Positions 1 through 9,983 of a DNA stretch of 64,000 bases are shown here, one piece after another (within the stretch, counting starts at the first letter, position 1; each line of letters starts with the position of its first letter). Position numbers and translations under genes: made by a program. Source of the stretch: Candidatus Poribacteria bacterium (GTDB taxonomy: Bacteria > Poribacteria > WGA-4E > WGA-3G); the NCBI GenBank assembly GCA_965205015.1, contig OZ242029.1, positions 960,001 to 1,024,000 of the forward strand. The letters run 5' to 3'. Below the pieces are notes generated by a model, which was not told where the DNA came from, ran no database searches, and saw only the letters and a list, made by a program, of their open reading frames with translations.

Positions 1-180
1 TCTGTCGGACCGGATACCCCGAACGACTTCCCACTGGCGATGGACATGATTGCCCAAGGACGCCTCGATGTGTCACCCATTATTACACACCATCTCCCCT
101 TTACAGAAGCACAACTCGGATTTGAGATGGCACTGAACCGAAAAGACGAGGCGATTAAGATCGTCTTCGACTATGAATAG
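1..180 (+). CDS. Zinc-binding (MDR family) dehydrogenase, C-terminal fragment (runs off window start)
   Basis: Frame 1 translates to SVGPDTPNDFPLAMDMIAQGRLDVSPIITHHLPFTEAQLGFEMALNRKDEAIKIVFDYE*, a typical MDR C-terminus (ITH..P.....GF......IKIV). Not in ORF track. Confidence 0.8.
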   Translation, partial: SVGPDTPNDFPLAMDMIAQGRLDVSPIITHHLPFTEAQLGFEMALNRKDEAIKIVFDYE

Positions 181-201
181 TTATCAGTTAACCGACGACT
201 A
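178..201. repeat. Minimal copy of heptamer-arm intergenic palindrome family
   Basis: TAGTTATCAGTTAACCGACGACTA between two convergent stops; same TAGTT...ACTA ends as larger copies. Confidence 0.55.
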
Positions 202-1251
202 TTACAGCGGCAATTCAACGGGACGTCCTTCACGGCTGGACTGGTAGATAGCGAGGATAATCTCAACGGCTTTGCGTCCCTCGCGTCCATCAACGAGATG
301 CGAGGCATCGTGCTCAAGCCCATTAATGAGGTTTTCCATTTGTCGTCTATGATTGGCATGGTTAATGGCTCTGGGGTCGGATGCACCACCGCCGGTGTCT
401 GTCCTTTGGGCGAATTTCTCACGGATCTCCGCATCTTCAGGCAGTTCTGGGTCGAATTCCCAAGTTACAATGTCCTCTTCTGCTAAGATGACAGTCCCTT
501 TTGTGCCGGAGATTTCGGTTTTCTTGAGCATACCGGGAAAAGCGGCAGTTGTGCCCTCAATGACACCGAGTGCGCCGTTTTCAAATCGGAGCGCGGCGAC
601 AGCGGCATCTTCGACCTCTATTCGTTCATGCGCTAAGGTATCGGTAAACGCTTGCACAGATTTAACGGGTCCCATAAAATACTGGAGCAGATCAATGGCG
701 TGGATGGACTGGTTCATGAGAGCACCGCCGCCATCAAGATCCCACGTGCCTCGCCAGCCACCACTGTCGTAATACTCTTGGGAACGGTACCATTTGATGT
801 AGGCATCGCCCAAAGTCAACTTGCCGAACCGACCGCTCTCAATTGTGGATTTAACGAGTTGTGTACTTTCAGTGAAACGGGAATTGAAGATAGCACAGAG
901 CCGGACGCCCGATGCGTCGCACGCTTCAATAATCTGATCGCACCGCGGTAATGTGATTTCCAACGGTTTTTCAACGATGACGTGTTTACCGGCTTCCGCC
1001 GCGGCGACGGCGGGTTCCAAATGCGCACCGCTCGGCGTACAGACGCAGACGATATCAAGATCGTCCCGCTTGAGCATCTCCGCATAATCGGCGTAACTGT
1101 CAACGTTGTAACGATCAGTGAGCCGTTTGGCGTTTTCAGCATTTCGTGAACTGACTGCGACGAGTTGACCGTGTTCTAATTCAGAAATTGCGGCGGAATG
1201 AAAATCGGAAATCATTCCGCATCCAATAATACCAAATCCGTAAGTCTTCAT
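202..1251 (-). CDS. Gfo/Idh/MocA family oxidoreductase
   Basis: GIIGCGMI Rossmann motif, EKP motif, GGGALMNQSIHAID. Confidence 0.93.
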   Translation of the reverse strand: MKTYGFGIIGCGMISDFHSAAISELEHGQLVAVSSRNAENAKRLTDRYNVDSYADYAEMLKRDDLDIVCVCTPSGAHLEPAVAAAEAGKHVIVEKPLEITLPRCDQIIEACDASGVRLCAIFNSRFTESTQLVKSTIESGRFGKLTLGDAYIKWYRSQEYYDSGGWRGTWDLDGGGALMNQSIHAIDLLQYFMGPVKSVQAFTDTLAHERIEVEDAAVAALRFENGALGVIEGTTAAFPGMLKKTEISGTKGTVILAEEDIVTWEFDPELPEDAEIREKFAQRTDTGGGASDPRAINHANHRRQMENLINGLEHDASHLVDGREGRKAVEIILAIYQSSREGRPVELPL

Positions 1252-1311
1252 ATTTTTAACTATCGTCCCTTGCTATACGATCCGACCATAGGTCAGATCA
1301 TTGGAAAAATT

Positions 1312-1947
1312 ATGACTTCCAGCGAAAACCAAATTACAGAAAATCCACCTACAGAAGAAGAAGCAGAGCAGACACCCGGCAACAGAGCTTTCAGAATTGT
1401 CTGTATGACCTTTTGTCTTGCAGTGACAGTGCTATTCCTCTGGGTCTGGCACCACCAAACCCAATTCAATGATCACTACCGGAAAGCAACCTTTCTGATG
1501 CGCAACGGCGAAGCAAAACAGGCGATTGAAGCGTATCAGAAGGCGATTAAAAACAAGGCGCGCACCATCTTTTTCACCAAAGAACCGTCGGTTTACAATA
1601 ACCTTGGACAAGCCTATCTATACGACGGGCAATATGCTCCCGCCGTTGAGAACTTTAAAAAAGTGATTGTGATGGCACCGAATATTGCTGAAGGCTATGT
1701 TAATTTGACGACTGCCCATCTCCGGCAGAACCTCCCGACCGACGCGCGTGAGATATGCCTACACGCCCTCCAAATTTTTCCGAAGACTGCCCTACTTCAT
1801 TACAACCTGGCGTGTGCTTACGCATTGACGGGTGAGTCCCAAAAAGCGGTAGACTCGCTCAGGCAGGCGATAGATATCAACCCTGACCTCAAAGCACTCG
1901 CACAACAAGAGGGCGCGCTTAAGGGCATCGTGTCTGAACTTCCTTAA
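1312..1947 (+). CDS. Membrane-anchored TPR-repeat protein
   Basis: One TM helix then TPR motifs (YNNLGQAYL, HYNLACAYAL). Start moved to ATG 1312 because the longer ORF overlaps the divergent gene. Confidence 0.82.
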   Translation: MTSSENQITENPPTEEEAEQTPGNRAFRIVCMTFCLAVTVLFLWVWHHQTQFNDHYRKATFLMRNGEAKQAIEAYQKAIKNKARTIFFTKEPSVYNNLGQAYLYDGQYAPAVENFKKVIVMAPNIAEGYVNLTTAHLRQNLPTDAREICLHALQIFPKTALLHYNLACAYALTGESQKAVDSLRQAIDINPDLKALAQQEGALKGIVSELP

Positions 1948-1974
1948 ATCGAGAGGACTACAGGCAGCACGTAC

Positions 1975-2763
1975 TTAAATCTTCAACTTACCCCATACCG
2001 TTGCCAATTTACCGCGGACAGAAACATCAAGCGTATCCTTGACGATTTTCTGGAGATCCGCCTTAGAAAGCGGATAGTTGGCTAACATCAACTCATCGAT
2101 ACGTCCTTGAAAGAAACGCGGACAACACCCATTATTCTCACCACCGAACCGTAAGGGTTTATCCGCCCTGCTTAAACCCGGTCCCTTTTGTGCGATAGCG
2201 GTGCCATCAGATTCTCCATTGATATAGAAACGGGCTTCCTTCCCATCCCAGACAATGGCAACATGGTTCCACTCTTTCGCCTTCACCTTGCCATCAGAAA
2301 TATGGTAGCCGGGACTACTGGTCTCGTAGAAATAGTAAGCGAGCTTCCCGTCACCCGGTTCAATCTGTAAATAGTAGGTGTTCTTGTAGAAGATGGTGAA
2401 TTTGTTTTCCTGTCCACCCGCTGGGAGTTCATCAGGATAAACCCACGCCATCATCGTAATCGCTTCATCGATATCGATCTCATCGGAGTGTGCGACCTCT
2501 ATGAAATCGGCTTTACCGACCTCGCCAGCCATTTGCACAGCATCCCCCGAAATACCTTCAGCCCACTTTATATTACCCGTGAATTCACCGACCAAGCCAG
2601 CAGTTTCATCTTTAGCCTGTTTCCCTTTACCTTCATCGAAATGCCAGACATATAACTTCTCACCGAGTTGTTTTACGTTGCCTTTTCCGCCTGCAGCATC
2701 CCCCACTCGACAGAAAAACAAACTAAGAAAGATGCACAGCAGCATCAGGACCTGAGCTTTCAT
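1975..2763 (-). CDS. Exported LamG-like jellyroll protein with C-terminal LATVWGKLK motif
   Basis: Signal peptide, WHFDEG, WNHVAIVWDG..ARFYING, FQGRIDEL; SD AAGGAGG before ATG 2763. Confidence 0.88.
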   Translation of the reverse strand: MKAQVLMLLCIFLSLFFCRVGDAAGGKGNVKQLGEKLYVWHFDEGKGKQAKDETAGLVGEFTGNIKWAEGISGDAVQMAGEVGKADFIEVAHSDEIDIDEAITMMAWVYPDELPAGGQENKFTIFYKNTYYLQIEPGDGKLAYYFYETSSPGYHISDGKVKAKEWNHVAIVWDGKEARFYINGESDGTAIAQKGPGLSRADKPLRFGGENNGCCPRFFQGRIDELMLANYPLSKADLQKIVKDTLDVSVRGKLATVWGKLKI

Positions 2764-2793
2764 ACGTAATTCCTCCTTGTAGGATGAACAGAA

Positions 2794-2819
2794 GGGCGGG
2801 TACAAGAACCCGCCCTACA
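2794..2819. repeat. GTAG-type REP-like hairpin
   Basis: AGGGCGGGT-acaaga-ACCCGCCCT followed by AC (GTAG on minus strand); related hairpins near 17996-18018 and 21105-21129. Confidence 0.55.
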
Positions 2820-2886
2820 GCAAAATTTGGCAATGGGCAGGCATTCCAGTCCTACCCCTATAACAGAGGGTATCTATCGGCTTCCT

Positions 2887-3657
2887 TTACATCTTCAACT
2901 TACCCCATGTTGTGGCAAGCTTGTCGTTAGGCGATACAGCAAAGTAAACGCCGTTTTCCATATCTTGGTTAATTTCATCAACGGTAAGCGCGCGGTTGTA
3001 GATAGCGACTTCATCGACCAAGCCAACCATGCCGTCCAACCCCGTCTGTGCCTTGCCGATGCGAAAAACTACCTCAATGCTGTTAATTTTACCCTTCGGT
3101 GGCTCGAATTCAACATCTAATTCGCCATCAATATATTGGCGAATCATACCGCCATCGTAGGTAGACGAGACGTGGTGCCACTTCTCCAAATCGGGCTTAA
3201 TGGTCTGTTTATTTCGTGAACCTTTCCATCCACCGATGTTAATCCACGTCTCAATTTGTGGGGATCCGGTAAACTGCGCGCTCCATTGGAGGCAATAGCC
3301 GCCGACGTTCGCCCCGCTCCTGCGTCCCATCAGGTTAGAGTCACCTTGAGATTCTTCAGGGAAAAACCACGCCTGAATGGTGATTTCATCGGTAATGTCA
3401 AGTTCCGGGACTGCGTCAACCTCTACAAACTGCTGGTTATCTTCAAGATGCACAGCACCCCCAATTTTGCCATCTTTCGACCAGACTGCCCCCTCAAAAG
3501 TGCCTTCGATGTTATTGCCACTTACATCTGTCACCTTGCCACCCTCGTCTTCGTCGAAAGTGAAGTACAACATAAGTGCCTTGTCATCGTTTATTGCCCA
3601 CGCATTGACACTAAGACTGAGTGCAATGAGGCAAAAAACTGTGATAATCGGTTTCAT
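2887..3657 (-). CDS. Exported LamG-like jellyroll protein with C-terminal LATTWGKLK motif
   Basis: Signal peptide, YFTFDE, WHHVSSTYDG..IRQYIDG, GLVDEVAIYNRAL. Confidence 0.9.
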   Translation of the reverse strand: MKPIITVFCLIALSLSVNAWAINDDKALMLYFTFDEDEGGKVTDVSGNNIEGTFEGAVWSKDGKIGGAVHLEDNQQFVEVDAVPELDITDEITIQAWFFPEESQGDSNLMGRRSGANVGGYCLQWSAQFTGSPQIETWINIGGWKGSRNKQTIKPDLEKWHHVSSTYDGGMIRQYIDGELDVEFEPPKGKINSIEVVFRIGKAQTGLDGMVGLVDEVAIYNRALTVDEINQDMENGVYFAVSPNDKLATTWGKLKM

Positions 3658-3676
3658 AATAGCGAACTCCTTGTAT

Positions 3677-3764
3677 TGGCTATCGGCTGTCGGCTGTCGG
3701 CTGTCGGCTGTCAGTGAAGAGGTCTTTTAGTAAAATCTACCTCTTTGCCGACTGCTGATGGCTA
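3677..3764. repeat. Heptamer-arm intergenic palindrome
   Basis: GGCTATC + 4x GGCTGTC, inner stem AAGAGGT/ACCTCTT, right arm ending GATGGCTA. Confidence 0.8.
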
Positions 3765-3765
3765 T

Positions 3766-5400
3766 TTAGAAAGAAGAAATCTGAATTTCCTTCGCCGTAA
3801 TAAACTCAAGCAGGGCAGGAACGCCTTCTTGGGTTTTCTGAATGCCACGCTGAATAGCCGGAATAATCTGGTCAGGTGTTTCGACACGTTCGCCGTAGCC
3901 ACCGAACGCCTTCGCCATATCTGCGTAGTGACCAGAGATGTCTGTGCTACGGAATTTTTCGGTAGACACAGGCATGATCGGAATCTCGATCGCCATAGAG
4001 AAATTGTTGAAAAGCACCGACAAAATCGGGATTCTTTCCCGAACAGCCGTCTCAAAATCCATCCCAGTAAAGCCGATAGCGGCATCACCCCAGACGTTAA
4101 CACAGAGTGCATCCGGTCTGGCGAGTTTCGCACCCATGGCGAGTCCGAGACCGTAACCGAGCTGCGTCGTCTTGCCCCAACCGATATAGGTGAGCGGCGC
4201 CACAGACTGCCAGAAGGGGGACATTTGGTCGCGCGGACTTCCCGCATCGTGCGTAATAATCGTGTTCTTGACATCGACAGTGTGCAGAAGATCCGAGATG
4301 ACGCGATACGGTGTCATCGGCACCTCATCCGAGGTGAGTTTCGCCTTCCACTGGTCAAGCCATTCCGCTTTAACCGCGCTAATTTCTCCAGTGACGGCAG
4401 CCGTTCGCTCTTCGGATGCCCCGTTAGAACGATCGCGGACGGCTTCTACCAAACCATCTAAAATCAAACCCGCATCGCCGACAAGAGCAGTCTCAACGGG
4501 AACGTCTTTGTTGATGTCCGCTGGATCTAATGTCGCGTGAATCACCCGTTTTCCATCGGGAATCCTGACCCCGAAGCCGGTTCGAGTGAAACTGCACCCG
4601 ATACCCAAAATCAGATCCGCTTTTTGGAGGAAGTGATGCACCGGTTTCGGGATCGCCCGTCCACCGGATCCCAATGCTAACGGATGGTCTTCCGGAAACG
4701 CACTTTTGCCCCCCAAACTCGTTGTTACGGGTGCCCCGAGCAGCTCCGCCAATTCTTTCAAAGAATCCCAAGCTTGGGCGTAATGCACACCTTGGCCCGC
4801 GTAGATGACAGGACACTCGGCATCCAGCAGCGCTTCTGCAGCGGTTTCAATCGACGCGCTGTCAGGTCCGTAGCGGACAGTGGGTACCGGTGCCGGATCA
4901 AAGGAATCAGAAATCTCTTCACCAAATAGATCCGAGGGGAACTCAACGAGTGCGGGGCGCGGTCTACCGTTCCGAACTTGGGTAAACGCACGCCGCATCG
5001 CCTCCGGAACAGCTTCAGGCATCGTGACCTGCTCACACGACTTCGTTACGTGCCGATAATTCAGAGCAGAATTGAAATTCGGCTGGATTTGTGTTACGCT
5101 CCGAGAATAGCCACCCGGCAAGACCACAATCGGTGCAGAGTCACCATAGGCTTGGGCGACACCGCCGAAGGCGTTTTCGGACCCGGGACCGCTCTGCATA
5201 CAGAACACGCCAATCTTTTCGCCAGAGGTTATCCGGCTCATCGCATCTGCCATGTGGAGTCCAATCCGTTCCTGTCTAACGATAATCGGACGGATGTCCA
5301 ATTTCGCCGCCGCTTCGATGATCGGGTTCACGGGATACGCAAACAGATATTCCACTCCCTCTGCTTTCAGAACTTTTGCAACTGCATCAACAACTTTCAT
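3766..5400 (-). CDS. Thiamine pyrophosphate-dependent enzyme (acetolactate synthase-like family)
   Basis: RQE catalytic Glu region, GPG, TPP-binding GDAA...NN motif. Confidence 0.9.
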   Translation of the reverse strand: MKVVDAVAKVLKAEGVEYLFAYPVNPIIEAAAKLDIRPIIVRQERIGLHMADAMSRITSGEKIGVFCMQSGPGSENAFGGVAQAYGDSAPIVVLPGGYSRSVTQIQPNFNSALNYRHVTKSCEQVTMPEAVPEAMRRAFTQVRNGRPRPALVEFPSDLFGEEISDSFDPAPVPTVRYGPDSASIETAAEALLDAECPVIYAGQGVHYAQAWDSLKELAELLGAPVTTSLGGKSAFPEDHPLALGSGGRAIPKPVHHFLQKADLILGIGCSFTRTGFGVRIPDGKRVIHATLDPADINKDVPVETALVGDAGLILDGLVEAVRDRSNGASEERTAAVTGEISAVKAEWLDQWKAKLTSDEVPMTPYRVISDLLHTVDVKNTIITHDAGSPRDQMSPFWQSVAPLTYIGWGKTTQLGYGLGLAMGAKLARPDALCVNVWGDAAIGFTGMDFETAVRERIPILSVLFNNFSMAIEIPIMPVSTEKFRSTDISGHYADMAKAFGGYGERVETPDQIIPAIQRGIQKTQEGVPALLEFITAKEIQISSF

Positions 5401-5423
5401 AATTTTTGAATGTTCCTTTTTTC

Positions 5424-5545
5424 GGGCTGTCGGCAGTCAGCAATCAGTCGTCGGTTAAGGGTTTGTGGCAGTCGCGTTTTGCGTGAATTCCACAAGCCTG
5501 CCTTTAACCGATAACCGATAACCGATAACCGATAACCGATAACTA
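5424..5545. repeat. Heptamer-arm intergenic palindrome
   Basis: Left arm GGCTGTC/GGCAGTC/AGCAATC/AGTCGTC-GGTTAA; right arm TTAACCGATA with 5x ACCGATA ending ACTA, which supplies the stop of the adjacent PhyH gene. Confidence 0.85.
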
Positions 5546-6358
5546 TTTGGCATTAGGACTCGTAGGCACCCCGTCATCCATCACAAGTGGAAAATGGTCG
5601 CCTGCTAATTTATCACCATCATTGACGGTGACAAAGGGTTTCATCACATGGTTTCCGCTGGCGTCGTATAGCGTTTCGCCGGTCATATAATGCACCGCAA
5701 TCGCACGCCGAGGACTATCGCTCGCGTTGTCGTGCGACCCGTGCCATGTCAAGGAATGATGGTAATGGACATGACCTTTCGGCACCGGGCAAAGCTCCAC
5801 CCCCAATTCATACGCCTCAAAGCGATCCGGCATCGAATCGATGTCTTTAACGGAATGTAGGAACGCAATCTGATCGCCCCAATGATAGGAACCCGGAACC
5901 ATACGCATACATCCATTACTTTTATCAACATCATCCAACGCAACCCACGCACTTACCTGACTCGTTTTCGGGGTAAGGATTGGCCAATAGGGCGAATCCT
6001 GATGCCACATGTTGACACCACCGACTTTCGGCGGTTTGTACTGGATCTGATCGTGCCAGACGCGCAACTCCGTTGCTGACATCAGCTGTCCAACCTCTTC
6101 CACAATAATCGGATTGTGAACGAGTCGGTGATAGGCTGGACTCGCTTCCCAAATATTAACGACCTGCCAGACGGGACTCTCCTCTCTACCGCCAAGGTTG
6201 GCGATGTGTACCGGTTGGGGAACATCGGTTTTCTCGTAATCCTCAATAACGCGTGCCAATTCCGCGCGCAGCTCCTCAACCTGTTCATCACTTAACACAC
6301 GGTTACCGAGGAGAAAACCTTTTTCACGAAATGTGTCAACCTGGGTTTGATTGAGCAT
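5543..6358 (-). CDS. Phytanoyl-CoA dioxygenase (PhyH) family Fe(II)/2OG dioxygenase
   Basis: WHQD, distal H in TWHGS, RRAIAVHY. Confidence 0.92.
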   Translation of the reverse strand: MLNQTQVDTFREKGFLLGNRVLSDEQVEELRAELARVIEDYEKTDVPQPVHIANLGGREESPVWQVVNIWEASPAYHRLVHNPIIVEEVGQLMSATELRVWHDQIQYKPPKVGGVNMWHQDSPYWPILTPKTSQVSAWVALDDVDKSNGCMRMVPGSYHWGDQIAFLHSVKDIDSMPDRFEAYELGVELCPVPKGHVHYHHSLTWHGSHDNASDSPRRAIAVHYMTGETLYDASGNHVMKPFVTVNDGDKLAGDHFPLVMDDGVPTSPNAK

Positions 6359-6447
6359 ATTTTTTTAATTTTCCTTGCGGATAAGTAAAGTAGATTAGAA
6401 CTTTGACGTGCCTTTCTCTAGAGCCGCCCTCCACTACGTTACAGGCT
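6359..6447 (-). repeat. Conserved ~90-nt leader repeat ending CCGCAAGGAAAATTAAAAAAAT-ATG
   Basis: Homologous to 31657-31742 (distal block 20/24 identical, same spacing), 42633-42710 and 44079-44165. Confidence 0.75.
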
Positions 6448-6493
6448 TAGTTTTTGGAATTCACTTAATTCTCGTCGCGCTTATAGAAAATAT

Positions 6494-7306
6494 CTATATG
6501 TTAGCTTTCGTCGGCGCCCCATCATCCATTACAAGCGGAAAATGGTGACCCGCCAATTTATCACCACCCTTGACGGTAACAAAACGTTTCATAATGTGAG
6601 TGCCATCCACATCGTAAAGGGTTTCACCCGTCATATAATGCACCGCAATCGCACGCCGAGGACCCTCACTGGTGTTGTCATGCGATCCGTGCCACGTTAA
6701 GGCGTGATGATAATGGACATGCCCTTTTGGCACCGGGCAGAGTTCTACCTCCAATGCGTTACCTTCAAATTGATCCGGCATTGAATCGATGTCTGGGACC
6801 TCGCGCAAAAACGGCATCTGACTCCCCCAATGATAGGAGCCACGGACCATTCGCATACACCCGTTGCTTTCATCGACATCGTCCAACGCAACCCAAGCCG
6901 ATACCTGACTTGTTTTCGGGGTGAGAATACCCCACAACGGTGAGTCCTGATGCCAACGATTGACACCACCGACTTGCGGCGGCTTGTATTGGATCTGGTC
7001 ATGCCAAACACGCAACTCCGTCGCCGACATGAGCTGTCCGATCTCTTCCACAATCGTCGGGTTGTGAATCAGTCGGTGATAGGCAGAACTCGCTTCCCAA
7101 ATATTAACGATCTGCCAAACTGGACTCTCTTCCTTACCGCCGAGATTGGCGATACGCACCGGCTGTGGAACTTCGTCTTTCTCATAATCATCAATAACGC
7201 GTGCCAATTCTTCACGCAGCTCCTCAACCTGTTCATCACTTAAAACACGGTTACCGAGGAGAAAGCCTTTCTCACGAAATGTGTCAACCTGAGTTTGATT
7301 AAGCAT
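6494..7306 (-). CDS. PhyH family dioxygenase, tandem paralog of 5543-6358
   Basis: Near-identical N-terminus, WHQD...HGS...RRAIAVHY. Confidence 0.92.
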   Translation of the reverse strand: MLNQTQVDTFREKGFLLGNRVLSDEQVEELREELARVIDDYEKDEVPQPVRIANLGGKEESPVWQIVNIWEASSAYHRLIHNPTIVEEIGQLMSATELRVWHDQIQYKPPQVGGVNRWHQDSPLWGILTPKTSQVSAWVALDDVDESNGCMRMVRGSYHWGSQMPFLREVPDIDSMPDQFEGNALEVELCPVPKGHVHYHHALTWHGSHDNTSEGPRRAIAVHYMTGETLYDVDGTHIMKRFVTVKGGDKLAGHHFPLVMDDGAPTKANI

Positions 7307-7328
7307 ATTTTTTTAATGTTCCTTTTTA

Positions 7329-7446
7329 GGGCTGTCAGTTTTCAGTTATCGGTTTTCAGTTAAGAGATATCCGTTTAACAAAAACCTCTTGTAACTGATA
7401 ACCGAAAGGTGTTTCGTAGAAAAACCGCACCAAAAACTGACAACTA
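7329..7446. repeat. Heptamer-arm intergenic palindrome
   Basis: GCTGTC AGTTTTC AGTTATC GGTTTTC AGTTAAGAG ... CTCTTGTAACTGATAACCGA ... AACTGACAACTA. Confidence 0.8.
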
Positions 7447-7466
7447 TTCCGCTATCATTTTTTCCT

Positions 7467-8501
7467 TTAGGCACCAACGATTCTATCTCTGAGTTCCACC
7501 CACTCTTCATCGCTGAGTTTTGGGGGCCATGCAATCCGTTCGCCAATCAGTGCGGAGCGATACGCCGCCATAATTAGATCAAACCCAAGCAGCGCATACT
7601 CTAACCTATTGCGATGCGGTTGATTTTCGTCATCAAGCCATGTCGCAACCGCCTGTGTAAAGTCGCGCTGTCCGAACTTGTCATCTTCGCCGAAGTGGGT
7701 TTCCTCAACAAAATGCTCTGCCATACCGTCAAACTGATAGCCCCATGAACCGTTTTCTCGCCACCACATTCTGCCTTTCGTCCCCCAAAAATCGAGGTTG
7801 CACCGCGGATTACTGCCAGGGAAATCAATGGTTCCGAACGCTGTCCGTGCGGACTCAAAAAAGACGCGGGCACCGTTCTCGAAGGTATAAATCGCCATTA
7901 AATCTTCCGGGCATTGCCGATGCGGAATGTGATAGGTTTCTGCCCCCTGAACAGCACCCCACACGTGCGTAATTGGAATGTCTTTAAGGGCAAATAACAC
8001 GACGTCCATCAAGTGCGTATCCATATCGGTAATGTCGCCCTCGGTGCAGGCACGAATGAAGTGTATGTCGCCGAGACTATCGTCAGCAAAAAACTCCAGA
8101 AGCTTCTCAGCGAAGGGCAGATATCGTCGTTGATGATTGACGATAATCTTCAAATCCGTCTTCTCATACGCCGCAGCGAGTGCCTCTGCCTCGCTGGGTC
8201 TGAGCGCAAGCGGTTTCTCTATCACCAATGCTTTAACACCCGCTTCAGCAGCAGGTTCTACCCAGATATGCCGTGGCACTGTCGGTTCTGTGACGGCATG
8301 GACAATATCGGGTTTCTCCTTTTCCAGCATCTCAACGTAATCTGTATACCCCGGGACGTTCAGTTCTTCCACCGCTGCTTTTAAACGTTCCTCGTCAATC
8401 TCGCAGATGGCAATTACCTTCATATTTTCGATACCTTCATAACGTCGGGCATGGTGTACACCCCGCCTTCCGCCAACGATCCCAGTTCGATACATCGCCA
8501 T
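7467..8501 (-). CDS. Gfo/Idh/MocA family oxidoreductase
   Basis: N-terminal Rossmann (GIVGG), IEKP, NHQRRY, THLMD. Confidence 0.88.
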   Translation of the reverse strand: MAMYRTGIVGGRRGVHHARRYEGIENMKVIAICEIDEERLKAAVEELNVPGYTDYVEMLEKEKPDIVHAVTEPTVPRHIWVEPAAEAGVKALVIEKPLALRPSEAEALAAAYEKTDLKIIVNHQRRYLPFAEKLLEFFADDSLGDIHFIRACTEGDITDMDTHLMDVVLFALKDIPITHVWGAVQGAETYHIPHRQCPEDLMAIYTFENGARVFFESARTAFGTIDFPGSNPRCNLDFWGTKGRMWWRENGSWGYQFDGMAEHFVEETHFGEDDKFGQRDFTQAVATWLDDENQPHRNRLEYALLGFDLIMAAYRSALIGERIAWPPKLSDEEWVELRDRIVGA

Positions 8502-8700
8502 AATGTGCCTCCTCGTTGAAGCGTGCAGTTCGCAGGTCTCCGAAATTTGCTATTATATTAGCACGCGCACAAATTTGTGTCAACCGTTTGATTTGGAAGT
8601 CCAGAAGCATTTTGTCGTCATGTTTCTCTATTGTCAAATTCGTGCGCTTGTGATACAATACAACGCATTAAAGCGAAAATACCTCTCACAGGAGCGCTAC

Positions 8701-9828
8701 ATGAAGATTGATAAGATTGAGTCGTTTTTTATCAGAAACGGCTACGTGATTCGGATTTATACAGATACAGGCATCAGCGGTGTGGGACAGACCGCGTGTT
8801 GGGGATATCCAGAAGCCGTTGATAGCATCATCAACACCTTTAAAAAACACCTCATCGGTCAAAATCCTCTGCGGATTGAGCATCACTGGCAATACCTCTA
8901 CCGCATGGGACCGTTTCGTGGGACGGCGTTGAGCGGTGCCATTAGTGCTGTGGACATCGCCTTATGGGACATCAAGGGCAAACATTTCGATGTACCGATC
9001 TGGGAACTGTTAGGTGGAAACTGTCGCGATAAAATTCGATTGCACCTCCTCGGCGGCGGAAGCACACCCGAAACGATGTACGAGGCAGCAAAAGCCGCTG
9101 TCGAAGAAGGCTTCACAGCACTCAAGTTTGACCCAGTGGTCGGCGGTTTCCAAGACATGACCGTCGATAGACTCGTCAAGACAGCCCGTGACATCGTCGC
9201 TGCTGCGCGTGAAGGCGGCGGACCCGATCTGGATCTGATTGTTGAAGTACACCGGAAACTGACACCGATGAACGGCATTGTCTTAGAATCCGCACTGGCA
9301 CCTTTCAACCTCTATTTCATCGAAGATCCAATTCAGATAGATACGATTACAACGCAAGCGGAATTAGCGAAACGGATGACAACCCCGCTCGCTATCGGCG
9401 AACGCAATGTAAGCATATGGGAATTCCGTGAACTCTTGGAAGCAGGCGGACCGCAATACGTTCGTCCGGATCTCGGTTTAGCAGGCGGTATAACACATTG
9501 CAAGAAAATCGCGGCACTTGCCGAAGCGTATCATAGTGCTGTCGTTACGCACAACTTCCTCGGACCCCTCATTACTGCCGCTTCGCTTCACTTAGACACA
9601 AGCATCCCGAACTTCATCACACAGGAATATACGAAAGGCGACGAATCCGAAGACTTCGCCGTATACAAAGTCGCGTATCAGCGAGAAGGCGGCTACATCC
9701 CGATCCCTGAAACTCCGGGCTTGGGCATCGAACTTGACGACAGTTTAATCGAGAAAAACCCGTATCAACCGATGAACACCGGCACGACCCCTTTGCGTGA
9801 AGACGGCTCTGTCGCTTATGCGGTATAA
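8701..9828 (+). CDS. Mandelate racemase/muconate lactonizing (enolase superfamily) enzyme, galactonate dehydratase-like
   Basis: SAVDIALWDIKGK, KFD, EVH, IEDP, GER, PGLGIE; SD AGGAG before ATG 8701. Confidence 0.88.
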   Translation: MKIDKIESFFIRNGYVIRIYTDTGISGVGQTACWGYPEAVDSIINTFKKHLIGQNPLRIEHHWQYLYRMGPFRGTALSGAISAVDIALWDIKGKHFDVPIWELLGGNCRDKIRLHLLGGGSTPETMYEAAKAAVEEGFTALKFDPVVGGFQDMTVDRLVKTARDIVAAAREGGGPDLDLIVEVHRKLTPMNGIVLESALAPFNLYFIEDPIQIDTITTQAELAKRMTTPLAIGERNVSIWEFRELLEAGGPQYVRPDLGLAGGITHCKKIAALAEAYHSAVVTHNFLGPLITAASLHLDTSIPNFITQEYTKGDESEDFAVYKVAYQREGGYIPIPETPGLGIELDDSLIEKNPYQPMNTGTTPLREDGSVAYAV

Positions 9829-9830
9829 AA

Positions 9831-9976
9831 TAGTTTTCAGTTATCAGTTATCGGTGAAAGAGGGTGCCGATGACGGTAACATAACTTCAAAAGAAAGGAG
9901 CCGGTTGGAATTTGTCAGAAGACTCTCACATTACGGAAGACGTAACCGACAACTGACGACTGACAACTGACAACTA
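9831..9976. repeat. Heptamer-arm intergenic palindrome
   Basis: TAGTTTTC AGTTATC AGTTATC GG ... ACCGACA ACTGACG ACTGACA ACTGACA ACTA. Confidence 0.82.
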
Positions 9977-9983
9977 CTAAAAA

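Noticed and set aside
3256-5458. Long antisense or alternate-frame ORFs (e.g. 3745-4461, also 16056-16580, 19989-20600, 23476-24048, 37474-38016)
   Set aside because: Shadows of well-supported genes, with no motifs or SD; the repeats in the antisense WD40 ORFs just mirror the sense strand.
5507-5541. Heptamer tandem tracts as CRISPR or phase-variation SSRs
   Set aside because: No spacers, and they are intergenic arms of larger palindromes rather than tracts in coding sequence.
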